From: Cyanidioschyzon merolae
Taxonomy: Eukaryota
NCBI GenBank assembly: GCA_000091205.1
Contig: AP006489.2
Strand: one strand, 5' to 3'
Length of the DNA stretch: 64,000 bases
Part shown: one piece after another, positions 1 through 10,655 of the stretch
Layout: every line of letters begins with the position of its first letter
Position numbering within the stretch: the stretch's first letter is position 1
Notes under the pieces: model-generated
Databases searched by the model: none
Seen by the model: only the letters and a program-made list of their open reading frames with translations
What the model was told of the DNA's origin: nothing
Position numbers and translations under genes: made by a program

Positions 1-34
1 GCCCCAGACACATACCTAGACACCTCTGGGCCTG

Positions 35-3000
35 TTGATGGCACTCGGTTTCGTCAATAGCCCTTCTCTGATGCAGTCAACAGTCCGTCTTCACCGAAGG
101 GCCAGGAGACGAGTGGGTTCCTTTGCCAATCGACAGAACGTGGCTGCAGCGACGTCGCCCTCTGGTAACGGTGACGCGATGCAGCCTCAGACCGCGTCGG
201 CGCCAAGCGAACAGCCGTCTCGAGACAGACACCCGCAGCGACGACCTACCGCTGGGAAAGCTGATCTCCGTGGCCAGCCGCTCACGTCACCGGCGATGCT
301 ATCGTTCTACGGTCGCCAGGAGAGCCTCTTTCGAGACGATAGCGATCGCGAGGCGCTCTTTCAGTGTCTCACGCAACCTCTGCCAACCTGTTTTCGTATT
401 GTGGCGGGGAATCCGTTTAGCAAACTCATCCAACAGCGGCTTGACCAAAAACTATCGCTGATAACGAGCGATGCTGGTCTGGCTGCTGCTCGAGAACCTG
501 GACTGGTTCCTGGTTCCACCGAGTCGACGAGTACGATGACGACGACCACCGAGCGGACGCGCTGCGAAGCACCGTTTCCTTTGCCCTGGTATCCGGATCG
601 CTTGGCTTGGCAAGTGAATCTGCCGCGAGCGTTGCTTCGACGGGATCCAGCACTTCAGTGGCTGCATGAATTTCTTGTAAAAGAGCACGAATTCGGCAGT
701 ATTCATCGTCAAGAAGCCGTCAGCATGATACCACCTCTCGTGCTCGGCATCGAGCCGGGGCAGCGTATCCTGGACCTTTGCGCTGCTCCGGGCAGCAAGA
801 CAGCTCAGATTCTGGATATGTTGGCGAGCGAACGTTCAGTTCCATTCGAAGTAGCAAACAACACTCTACTCGTGGCGAATGATGTCGACCGAAAGCGATG
901 CTGGATGCTGGTGCATCAACTACAGCGATATGCGCTCGCGGGAGTCATCGTCACCAACTTTGATGCGTCCTCGTATCCGACCAGAGGCCTGCCGTTCCGG
1001 TTTGATCGGGTGCTCTGCGATGTCCCCTGCACTGGAGATGGTACGTTACGCAAGGCCCCGGATCTGTGGCTGCGCTGGAATCCCCACCAGGCTCGCTCCC
1101 TGCACCGCTTACAGACGCGAATTGCCATTCGTGGTATCGAGGCCCTGGTGACCGATGGTCGGGGTCGCATGGTCTACTCCACGTGCTCGTTGAATCCGAT
1201 CGAAAATGAGGCAGTGGTTGCGGCGGTGTTGCGTCATTTTGGATCAGATCACGTGGAGTTACTCGACGCTGCCGGAATGATACCCGCTATCTATAGGAGA
1301 CCGGGTTTATCGTCATGGGATCCTGGATTCGATGTCGTCGATGAGACGTCGTCCAGCGCAGCGTTTTCACCGCCATCAGCAGCGGAGCGGAGCTGGATGC
1401 ATTTGTCGCGCTGCATTCGAATCATGCCTCATGATCAGAATACCGGAGGGTTCTTTGTGGCTGTTTTCCATCGCAAAAAGCTGCCCGAGCAGCATCTTAA
1501 TGAGCAGACGCAAGCGCACGCTGCAGCAGAGGGAAGCGCGCTCCATACGCTCGACAGCAAGGCAGGATCGGCAGGCGAGGGCTCACCTCAGCCGCAGAGT
1601 GCTTCGCGACTCGAGACCTCGGCAGGCTATGGGGGCGCTTTGCGGCAGCCCTGCCGTCCGGCAGCTTCCCAGGGTGTCTTGGCCAGGGCGAGACCGCCAG
1701 CGGAGGCACAGGGTTGCCCTTTTCTAACGGACGGCAGCAGGGATGCTCACGACGAGGATCACTTGGGAGCGAAAGCGCGCAAATCTCCGCATCCCAGGTC
1801 GCGTTCCGGAGCAGCCGAGCCACAGTCTCCTGGCACCGGGGATGCACTCGTATCAGCGCTTTGCCCGGGACGCTGTCCTGAGGCGTCAGCACCAGTGCCG
1901 GGAGCTGGTCAGCAATGCGGGAACGAGTCGTTCTTGAATAGCAGCTGGAGGTCGACGCAGCACGCCGGGGAACCTGAGCCAGTCCACACATCGAATGCGT
2001 CTCCTGCGCATGTGCCTCTGCCGATGCTCGACAGAGACAGAATGCCGAGCACGGCGATATCAGCCGCCGCAGGAGTCGTCCAAGCGGATTTGATGGGATT
2101 TTCGAATGCAGCTGGTTTCAATGAGGTTGGTGCTGAACAGCAACGTAAGCAGGAACGGTGTTCGCCAGAAAAGAATCGCAGCGACGACAACTCCAACAAG
2201 TGCACCACAACAGGATTTGCGGACCTTTGGAGCGTTTCCGAAACCAGTGCCCCGATCAAGAGAGGCGGTCGCCGGGTGGCGCACTCGGAACCCTCGAATG
2301 TGCCTGGATCAGCGAAGGTTCATGCTGCTGACGATGCTGCCGCGGTTACCTTCGAGATGCCGACGGCTGAAAAGCGAGCCGCTGATGATGGCACGCAATC
2401 TGGATCCGACGAGGATCATGCTACTGCTGTTGTTACCGCTTCACCTGCAGCAAGCTCGGAAACGACGCCCGTTGGCACGCCTTCGGAGAGCTCGCTCTGC
2501 TCGCACCCAGGGCCGTACGCCCACCGCATGCGAGGCCCTCGGGACCCGCCTTTGATACCGGTACGACACGTTCCCTTTGGTGCCATTGTCGTTCAACGCA
2601 TTGCATCAAGCTACGGAATCCCGGTGGAGATCCTGGAAGCACACCTCTACTGCCGTGTCTACCTTGACCAGTGCAGTGCTTCGCCTTCTAAGCGCCTTCG
2701 AGTATACTGGCTTCCGGAAGCGGTGCGCTCTGTACTTGCATCTCACGAGCATCGACCGGAACGGATCCTTTTCGCTGGCATCCGAGCCTTTGAAGCCATG
2801 GAACTTCGCCAAGCACCACAAGGCGCCGCTGACGGAAACGCTGACCTGTGGTTTCGAATCGCCCACGAAGCGATCCCGACCCTGCTCCCGTACCTTCCCG
2901 AGGCCAAAGTTGCAACGCTTACACAAAGCGACTTGAGGAACATGATCAAAGAGATCCTTCAGGGTCGACTCGGCTTGCGCATAGCGATGCTGGCGGAGTC

Positions 3001-3259
3001 ACCAACACGACGCACGCTGGAGGAGTACCCTCTGGGACCCATGATCCTGCGCGGGGCACTCGTTGCTGCTGTCACTGGCAGCTCCCCGGTGGACATTCCG
3101 CTGCTATTATCGTCGTGGAAGACAAGCCCCCAGTTTATCAGCCTCTTCTTGTCCCGTGAAGAGCTCGAAGCGATTCGGCGGGCGATGCCTTTTCTCGTGG
3201 AAGACGGTACGACGGATTCATCCGCGAAGGATCCTGCCCAGGCGCTGGCCTGCGAGTAG
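35..3259 (+). CDS. RNA (cytosine-C5)-methyltransferase, NOL1/NOP2/Sun family (NSUN2/NCL1-like), with about 600 aa of low-complexity C-terminal extension; the N-terminus may be truncated by the window edge
   Basis: Uninterrupted 1074-aa ORF. Conserved SAM-MTase motifs are visible in the translation: ILDLCAAPGSKTAQ (motif I), DRVLCDVPCTGDGTLRK (motif IV with the Pro-Cys catalytic dyad), RMVYSTCSLNPIENEAVV (motif VI TCS Cys). The central part is Ser/Ala/Pro/Gln-rich low complexity. Confidence 0.8.
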   Translation: MMALGFVNSPSLMQSTVRLHRRARRRVGSFANRQNVAAATSPSGNGDAMQPQTASAPSEQPSRDRHPQRRPTAGKADLRGQPLTSPAMLSFYGRQESLFRDDSDREALFQCLTQPLPTCFRIVAGNPFSKLIQQRLDQKLSLITSDAGLAAAREPGLVPGSTESTSTMTTTTERTRCEAPFPLPWYPDRLAWQVNLPRALLRRDPALQWLHEFLVKEHEFGSIHRQEAVSMIPPLVLGIEPGQRILDLCAAPGSKTAQILDMLASERSVPFEVANNTLLVANDVDRKRCWMLVHQLQRYALAGVIVTNFDASSYPTRGLPFRFDRVLCDVPCTGDGTLRKAPDLWLRWNPHQARSLHRLQTRIAIRGIEALVTDGRGRMVYSTCSLNPIENEAVVAAVLRHFGSDHVELLDAAGMIPAIYRRPGLSSWDPGFDVVDETSSSAAFSPPSAAERSWMHLSRCIRIMPHDQNTGGFFVAVFHRKKLPEQHLNEQTQAHAAAEGSALHTLDSKAGSAGEGSPQPQSASRLETSAGYGGALRQPCRPAASQGVLARARPPAEAQGCPFLTDGSRDAHDEDHLGAKARKSPHPRSRSGAAEPQSPGTGDALVSALCPGRCPEASAPVPGAGQQCGNESFLNSSWRSTQHAGEPEPVHTSNASPAHVPLPMLDRDRMPSTAISAAAGVVQADLMGFSNAAGFNEVGAEQQRKQERCSPEKNRSDDNSNKCTTTGFADLWSVSETSAPIKRGGRRVAHSEPSNVPGSAKVHAADDAAAVTFEMPTAEKRAADDGTQSGSDEDHATAVVTASPAASSETTPVGTPSESSLCSHPGPYAHRMRGPRDPPLIPVRHVPFGAIVVQRIASSYGIPVEILEAHLYCRVYLDQCSASPSKRLRVYWLPEAVRSVLASHEHRPERILFAGIRAFEAMELRQAPQGAADGNADLWFRIAHEAIPTLLPYLPEAKVATLTQSDLRNMIKEILQGRLGLRIAMLAESPTRRTLEEYPLGPMILRGALVAAVTGSSPVDIPLLLSSWKTSPQFISLFLSREELEAIRRAMPFLVEDGTTDSSAKDPAQALACE

Positions 3260-4353
3260 AACCGGTGCTATTCCTTCGAATGCACCAGGTACGGATGCAG
3301 AGTCGGAGAAACGCGGGTATATTTACTGGAGCTTTTGCCCATGGGTACGGATCAATGAGAGGTGCGTTCGGATCGTTGCGCATTCGGAAGAGGCATCGCC
3401 GGGATTCGAGCACCGGATGCCGTCTCATAGAGCGGAGCGCCTGGAAGCACCACAGCTGTGGCGATCCATGAATGCGTCGACGGTGCAGGCAATGAACCAT
3501 TCGCGTGATTGCTCTGAACACGATCGGAGCAAGATCGAGCAGGCATGAGCAGTCGGTTACGGAACGCTTTCCGTGCTAGGCTACGCTGCATTGCTCGACG
3601 CTGCTCCACGAGGTTGCACGCGGGTTGCTGCATGTTGCGCAACTGCGACCCGTCCTTGATGCTGGTTCATTTCGGACTTTCGTCAGATCCATGCATGGGA
3701 CCGGGCATAACGCGTGAGAGAGGTCGCTCCTCCAGAGAATCCGTTGTCGGTACTTGCAGCCCGTGTTGACTCAAGACGCTTTTAGGAGTCTTGTCGGATC
3801 AATGAAAAGCACCAAGCATACAGATCGCTGGCTTGGTCAGAGGCGATAAGCGGTCTCGTGCAGCTGTCACAAGGCGTGCATATCTAGCAGCAGAACAGCA
3901 GACCAGCACGCGTTGTGCCCGTTGATCCTCTGCATTCGCGTCACACGTTTCATTCAACATAAAAGCTGGAACAGGTACGCATTCTCGCGCTCTCGGATGT
4001 CGCTGCTCAATTCGCTGTTGAACGCTGGCGTCTTCCACGCAACGTTCACAGGTGACTCGGGATTCCGATGACAATCCTCTGTGGCGGACACAGTCCGTGC
4101 ACCCATATCCATGACGACGTCGTTCCTATTCGATCAGGTAACATCTAGATATGCTGCGGGCTGCCTGTGTCGGCGCCAAGTGACAGCGCGCAACATCTTC
4201 GGCGTCTTGTTCGTGCGACATATCCGGTGCTATCGATTCTACTGCCGCGAAGCGCACTACAGGGCGCTCTTCGACCGACACGAAAGCATTTGATCCACAG
4301 ATTCCAACGTTTGCACGCTGTACCAAACAGAGGAATGGCCGCCACGGGGACTC

Positions 4354-4378
4354 CACACACACACACACACACACACAC
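4354..4378. repeat. (CA)12 microsatellite in the intergenic region
   Basis: The run cacacacacacacacacacacacac is read directly. Confidence 0.95.
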
Positions 4379-4426
4379 GATCAGGTTACCGCTATTTGGT
4401 GACATTGTGGCATCCGGCACCTCCTC

Positions 4427-5584
4427 TTATCGCATTTGCCATGCTCGTTCAGCAAGCGTGCAGGCACCGACAAGTCCTGCATGCGGCCCGTAGGCGCTCG
4501 AAACGATGTACTTCTCAACAGGCGTTTCTATCCCGAGGTAGTCGCGATCGAGCTCCACGAACTTGGACTGGATCTTCTTCAGCAGACTCTTGCGCTGCAT
4601 GACCCCGCCGCCTAGCACGATCCAGTGCGGAGCCAGCACACAGGAGAGGTTCCAGCATAGCTGTGCAAGGTAATGCGCAGCCAGCTTCCAAACCGGATGA
4701 TCGTCTGCGAGATCCGCAAGCTGCGAGGCGTCAACCTTCGCTCGTTCTGCGAGCGCCCCAGCGCAGCAGAGACCCTCCAGGCAGTCCTGATGCCAAATGC
4801 ATGAACCAGAGTACGAATCCGCGGGATATCGGACAACGCGGATGTGGCCTGCCTCTGGGTGAAGGCGTCCATGCAGGGGCTCATCCTGAATCGCGACACC
4901 CACACCTACTCCGGTGCCAACAGTGACGTAGGCGAGCACGAGCGGACCTCCCGGGTCGGTCGGAGATCGCCTAGCAGCCAGTTCGGCTAGAGCGGGAGCA
5001 TTCACATCTGTATCCACCAGGACTGGAATTCTGGTACCAATAGCCTTCGCCAGCTCTTGACTTGCAGGACGCTGCTCATCGCGTTCCCATAACTGTTGCA
5101 GCTCCTCTAGCAGCGCTAGCCCTTGCCATGCTTTCTTCGGTGTCTTTCCGAAGCGAACCTGGTGTGACGCGGCGCTCGACGCGACAGACGGGAGCAGGAT
5201 CGGACCAAAAGTAGCCACACCTAGTGCTGTAATCGGGTGCGTTTCGTGTCGCTCTGCCAGCCAAGCGGTCAGAAGCGTCAGCGTCTCACGAGGTGTACTC
5301 GTAGGAACCTGGAATCGTTCAATGAACTGATCGGGACGACCTACTGCGATTGCCGCTCGTGCACTCGTGCCCCCTAACTCGATAGCGGCAAACACAAGGT
5401 GCTGGTTACGTAAAGATTGTACCGCGGGAACTGTGGTGCTGCGCTCGTCCTCTTCGCCAAGGCTCAGCGCTCGTCGTTGCCGCCATCGAGCCAGACCCCA
5501 ACCGAGTGCAGTCACCGTGCTGAAGAGTGCCGGAGCAGCTGCCCACACCAGCCAAGTCGGTGTCGTTGTCTGCCTGCTCGTCAT
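4427..5584 (-). CDS. ROK-family sugar kinase (glucokinase/fructokinase-like) with an N-terminal hydrophobic segment
   Basis: 385-aa ORF. N-terminal ATP-binding IELGGT motif, VGTGVGVGV glycine-rich segment, EAGHI followed by a Cys cluster (CIWHQDCLEGLCCAG) resembling the ROK zinc-binding signature. N-terminal WLVWAAAPALFSTVTALGWGL looks like a TM helix or signal anchor. Confidence 0.7.
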   Translation of the reverse strand: MTSRQTTTPTWLVWAAAPALFSTVTALGWGLARWRQRRALSLGEEDERSTTVPAVQSLRNQHLVFAAIELGGTSARAAIAVGRPDQFIERFQVPTSTPRETLTLLTAWLAERHETHPITALGVATFGPILLPSVASSAASHQVRFGKTPKKAWQGLALLEELQQLWERDEQRPASQELAKAIGTRIPVLVDTDVNAPALAELAARRSPTDPGGPLVLAYVTVGTGVGVGVAIQDEPLHGRLHPEAGHIRVVRYPADSYSGSCIWHQDCLEGLCCAGALAERAKVDASQLADLADDHPVWKLAAHYLAQLCWNLSCVLAPHWIVLGGGVMQRKSLLKKIQSKFVELDRDYLGIETPVEKYIVSSAYGPHAGLVGACTLAERAWQMR

Positions 5585-6000
5585 AGGTTCCTACTTTTCT
5601 GCCACAAGAACGAAAGTCACAGGTTTCCCAGCAGGCACCGTTCCCGGGTGGTTATCGCAGCCGCAACACGCGGAGATGCCCGAATGACGCTGTCCAATGG
5701 GATGCCAGTTTCGCTACCTGTGGTCAGGTGGGTGCTGCCCTAGACACCAAGCAGCACCAGTGCTGGATACAGCGTCCGCTATTGGAGCACAGATCAACGG
5801 GCGTAGCGACAGGCTTCACGTAACGGATTACAACTAAGGAGCTTTTCGAGTCCGTGAGAGCCGCTTTGGCTTTGGAACGGAGCAGGAGCGCTGCAGCACC
5901 GCAAGGAACCGGTCTGCAGGTGCCGGAGCGCGCCCGGGTCGCTCTTGTTTGCGCTTCGGGTCTCAACGCGCCTGCCTTGCAGAGTCCTGAAGCATAAACA
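5585..6000. promoter_or_regulatory. Short divergent intergenic region between the head-to-head ROK kinase (-) and RIO1 (+) genes; putative shared bidirectional promoter
   Basis: Only about 416 bp separate the two start codons on opposite strands. No motif was identified, so this is inferred from the arrangement alone. Confidence 0.3.
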
Positions 6001-8022
6001 GTGAGTTTTTCTTTCCTAGAGGAGCGCTGCGGAGTCGTGCCGCCTCTAGACGCTGCAAGCTGGTTGCGTGTCATGAGTGCAAGCGACACGGTTGCGCAGC
6101 GGCTCGACGCTATGTCGGAGCAGATTGACGCGGAGACGTCCCGAAAACTGGAGCTCCAGCGTCGAACCAAGGATCGGCAAGAGCGTGCAACTGTGGAGCA
6201 GGTGCTCGATAGACGCACAAGGGCGTACCTGGCGAAGCTCTTTCGCCAGGGCGCTCTGCTTGCAGTGCACGGCTGCATCGCCACAGGTAAGGAAGCGAAC
6301 GTCTACTTTGGTCGATCGCATCCACCGAATGAACCTGAATCTGTCGTCGTCAGCGCAGCAATCAAGGTATATAAGACCTCAATTTTAATCTTTCGGGATC
6401 GAGAAAAGTACATCGCGGGAGAGCGCCGCTTTCGTTACGGCTATGGGAAGCCAAGAAACCCCAGGAAAATGGTCAAACTGTGGGCGGAGAAGGAGTTTCG
6501 AAACCTATCACGTCTTTGCCGTGCAAACATTCCATGTCCATCACCGTTCTATATTCGTGGCCATGTGCTTGTGATGCAGTTCATCGGCGATGAAGAGGGA
6601 ACACCCGCTCCGCGTCTCCAAGAGGTGCGAGCTCGGCGGCGAGCACCGAGTTTATCGGCAGAGGGTGCATCCCGGGGCGAGGAAGGCGTCAGCTCGGCCC
6701 CGGAGACGATGACGGAAGCTGCCACAACGCCGGCCGAGTCACTTTATGAACAAACCGTGATCAATATGCGCCGTATGTACCAAAAAGCACGTCTCGTGCA
6801 TGGTGACCTCAGTAGTTTTAATATTCTACTTTGGCAAGGTCGAATCTATTTCGTGGATGTCTCGCAGAGCATGGAGCAAGATCATCCGTTGGCCCTCGAT
6901 TTCCTTCGTCGAGACTGCCAGAATATCACAGCCTTTTTCCAGGCCGAGATGGGCAACGCAGAAGCGAACGAGGGCATGATACTATTGAGCGTTCGCAACC
7001 TCTTTGAGTACATCGTGGATGTCTGGGATGACGTGGATGATATTGCACTTTTGCAGAAATATCAGACGAGGCAAGAGGAACAGAGGAGGCGACGCGTCAG
7101 CCGCAGTGCGCAGCATGCGGACGACGAGCTCCTCTCAGATGACTCCACGGACGCCCTGGTATTCCAGTCCGTTCGAATTCCTCGTCGACTCGATGAAGTC
7201 GATGAAGAGCAACTGGACAGGATCTACTACGATCGGCTGTTGCGACTGGCGTCTTCTTCATCATCGAGTAGCTACTCGAGTTCGGCGAGCGACAGCTACA
7301 CAGGTGCCTCATCGGCTTTGAGTGCAGAGGTCGCTCGTTCGGATGACAAGTCCGACCATGAGGTATCGTCGACAGCCTCCTTGCGCCACGCAATAACAGT
7401 CCTTGATGGAGACGGTGATGTCTCCACGAATGACGGGTCGATCGAGGGAGATGCTGCGCCTGCCGTTTTCGACAGACAGTGCCGGCGTTCTACCTCTCGA
7501 CAGAGCGGGAATTCGAGTGCTTCCACGGAAGCCGCCTCGATCAGACAAGTTTCAGCGCAAGCCATGGCATCAGACACAAGGTCTCCGCTGCGTTATCCGG
7601 AGCACCTCGATGCGGTGTCGAGCGCCCGGTCCGCTTCTGGGCATGAGCCTGGGACGCCTTCGACGCCACAACACCCCTGCAAAGTTCCATACAGTGCTGC
7701 GCCTGCAGGCAGCGAGCAGCGCGTGGTACCCGTCGCCGCGCCGCACAACCACAGTGCCACGGAGGATAGCGATACCATCGTGCGGTCGACGAGCAAGTCC
7801 GCGGAAACTCCAGAGGCAGCGTCGGTCGAACGTGTGCATCTGCGCTGTGCTCGAAAAGCTTGGAAGAAACAAGTGAAAGAGCAGAATCGCATTCGGCGAC
7901 AGAACAAGATACCGAAACACGTGAAACGTCAAGCGGTACACCGGCCTGGACGTTTACGGCGGTATCTGGCGGCACGAGAGACCGCTGCTCGAACTCAGCA
8001 AGCGTCGTCTGGAGAGTGCTAG
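6001..8022 (+). CDS. RIO1: RIO1-type atypical serine protein kinase with a long Ser/Asp-rich C-terminal extension
   Basis: 673-aa ORF. RIO1 hallmark motifs GCIATGKEANVYFG (ATP-binding loop) and LVHGDLSSFNILL (catalytic loop), and a metal-binding DVSQS segment. The C-terminal ~350 aa are low complexity (SSSSSSYSSSASDSYTGASS). Confidence 0.8.
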   Translation: MSFSFLEERCGVVPPLDAASWLRVMSASDTVAQRLDAMSEQIDAETSRKLELQRRTKDRQERATVEQVLDRRTRAYLAKLFRQGALLAVHGCIATGKEANVYFGRSHPPNEPESVVVSAAIKVYKTSILIFRDREKYIAGERRFRYGYGKPRNPRKMVKLWAEKEFRNLSRLCRANIPCPSPFYIRGHVLVMQFIGDEEGTPAPRLQEVRARRRAPSLSAEGASRGEEGVSSAPETMTEAATTPAESLYEQTVINMRRMYQKARLVHGDLSSFNILLWQGRIYFVDVSQSMEQDHPLALDFLRRDCQNITAFFQAEMGNAEANEGMILLSVRNLFEYIVDVWDDVDDIALLQKYQTRQEEQRRRRVSRSAQHADDELLSDDSTDALVFQSVRIPRRLDEVDEEQLDRIYYDRLLRLASSSSSSSYSSSASDSYTGASSALSAEVARSDDKSDHEVSSTASLRHAITVLDGDGDVSTNDGSIEGDAAPAVFDRQCRRSTSRQSGNSSASTEAASIRQVSAQAMASDTRSPLRYPEHLDAVSSARSASGHEPGTPSTPQHPCKVPYSAAPAGSEQRVVPVAAPHNHSATEDSDTIVRSTSKSAETPEAASVERVHLRCARKAWKKQVKEQNRIRRQNKIPKHVKRQAVHRPGRLRRYLAARETAARTQQASSGEC

Positions 8023-9084
8023 TGGGTACACGCCTCCAGAATCGACGCCTTCGACACGCGCACATCACACCCGTTGCTTTGGGAATCTGTCGCTAGGAGG
8101 CTTTGCAACTGAGGCTGGCATACATCGTGACGCAAGCAGCGTTCCGACCTGCGGGACCGTACGCTCGATCACGATGAACGCTGCCGAAGGGTTACTGCAT
8201 CACCTTCACCCTATGCCGGAGAGGGACGCACTGCCCCATTCCGATTCGCTTCGTCCTCAGCTTGATTGTCGTTAGGCATTCACTGCGATGTGGTAGGGCG
8301 AGCGTCCAGGGAGCTCGCCTCGTTCCATGACCAGCGTCGGCATCGGTTGCTGGTCTGGCTTTTGATTTCCGTTCGGTTTCTTTTGCGGAGCTTGTCAGCT
8401 CGCGCAGCGTCGATCCGTAAACGTCATAGCATGTTCTTTTTCTGGTTGTATTCGTTCGTTGCCGCCAGGCACATGCAAAAAAGTCAGCATCGAAGCGAAT
8501 TGTACGAGCGGATACGTATAGGCAAGCGCTTACGAGCAAGATGGTCTCCATTCGCGTCAAACCGTACATGGAACACTGAACCGTTTGCGCTGTACCTGAC
8601 TTTCCGTGCTTTACCAGCTTGCTGGTAGATGTACAGCCTCTGCATTCGAGATGCAGCAAGAAGGGCGTACGAATTCGTGCGTGAAATCAGGATTCTCGGT
8701 CGTCTTTGATTTCAGTGGCTCCTTCAGCGCTTTCCCGCTGGGAATCGTTATCGCACCGGCATGACGGGGACTCACGACGCCCTCGAAAACGGGTACGTAA
8801 AACAACCGAAACGATGATTTCAATACATATGCACAAGCTCTAGTCTTCTCCTTTGTTTTCGTGGAACGTGTTCAAATCACGGATTTGTTGTGTCGTAGAT
8901 CTCTCTGTTCCATGGCAACGGACGAGCGCAGCTACCCGCACCGCTTGATGGATTGCAAATGAAACTCTCGACTTCGTCCATGGACAGCTTCTTCAAAAGC
9001 TCATGCCGCAGCTTCACCGAACCTGTTACGTCAAAGAATCCAAGCCGCTCGAAGGACGACCCATCATGTCTTTGTGGCCATCGA

Positions 9085-9235
9085 CGAAACGACATTCGAC
9101 ACCAGCACCATGATACCTCGCATGATATATGCTTCGAGAGGTTCCCCTCTCTTTCGTTTGCGTGGGATCGGGTGTCGAACTCGGACTTGAGTCATCGCAG
9201 CGATCGTTTCCAGTGGGGAACGCATTACCACTTTG
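9085..9235 (+). repeat. Isolated degenerate copy of the conserved core module shared by interspersed element families A and B
   Basis: The sequence gtcgaactcggacttgagtcatcgcagcgatcgtttccagtggggaacgc aligns with gtctcggactcggactggagtcatcgcggtgatcgcttcgagtggagaacgc of family A and with the corresponding block of family B. The upstream gccatcgacgaaacgacattcgacaccagc matches family B gccatcgacgacacagcattcgacagcagc. Confidence 0.55.
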
Positions 9236-10655
9236 CACGACAGGCGCGTAGACGGATCGACACTTCTCGATTTGTTTTCAAGGTGCTCTTTCATCATGGG
9301 AGACATTGCGTTCCACAAAACCTCTATTACATAAGAGGGTTCGCGCGTACACGCTCAGCAGACAGAGGACTTGCCTGCGGAGATCGCCTCCAAGTCGCCC
9401 GAGATCATAGGATACGGAACCGAGCACGGAAACGGAGCAAAGCATCGAGGTGAATCCTCTGTACCAGACCTGCGCATCGACAGAGCGATGAAGCAAGCCT
9501 TCATGCGTCGTGCGGCCATGCCCCGAGGCCGGCATATGGTGGACTCAGGGTACCGCCTGACCCCGGTTAGCTGTCACCGCTGCGAGGCGTGCACCGATGC
9601 AGTATGCAAAGAAGGGGAAAATTGCGATCGAGGCATCCATCGCAACTGCCGCCTGTTCATGAAATGCGTTGACAACTGCCAGACACGGTGAAATCGGGAT
9701 TGAAACAGTTCCGTCGAATCCCTTCAACAGCCGACAATAGAGTTGGAAAGAAAGGAGGGACCGGCGAACTTGAAACCTGGGATAAAAGAGAGAAAATGAA
9801 GCTATCACAAAATTCGTCCGCTCAAAGCTGGTCTAAATGACAACGGGAGCATACGCAGGCTTTAGCGTGTACCTCGGAATCAGAAGACGCATTCTGTTTT
9901 GTACTGGGATCGATGTAGCGTCTGTGACGATTCACATATCTCTGTGCGCACCGCAGTAGCTCCAAGTGGCAACGGTACGCACGTCAGCATGGAAACTCCC
10001 GGACATACGCATTCGGAAGCGGGACCAGGAACGTGCGGCTCAGGTCATGCGGGTGGTATCCGCTGCCAGCGCGGGTATCCCCGGCAGGTACACCCTGTGG
10101 GGCATCAGAAATGAGAAATAGGCGCTGATGCACATGCGCGAGAACGCGCCTTCGGTGTCCATGTCGTGCCCTTTTACAGCTTTCGCTTACCTCGGACTTT
10201 CCCTGGACGAGCGCTACACTGCTTGTCTTGCTTTCAAAACGCCGTCCCAGCCTGCTTTGCGTTTCCAAGGGTCTCGGGTTCGTCACCAAAATCGTCCAGT
10301 GCATGCGAGGCCTGCTTTCCGCGATGGAGCGCATCTTCGAGCGCGATCGAGGGCCAAGCTCTGGCTTCCTGAAATACTATACATCTCGAGTGAACGGTTG
10401 CACGCTCGCATAAGGCTGGAGCGCAGCACGCGAGCAACAACGACGCCTGACTCGTGAGTCGCTGCAAACGCTTGCGTCCACGCTCGCTGACCGCCTCCCC
10501 GACAGTGAACCGTGCGCTTGATCCGCCAGAGATGCCCCCCGAGAAATCCGCTTGTGTAGAGGAAGGCACCGAACCCTCGAGAACAGCAGCGATTCCGGTG
10601 CTGCCGCAGCTCCCCATGCTGCTGACCACAACCCCGTTGTGCGGGGAATCAGCGT

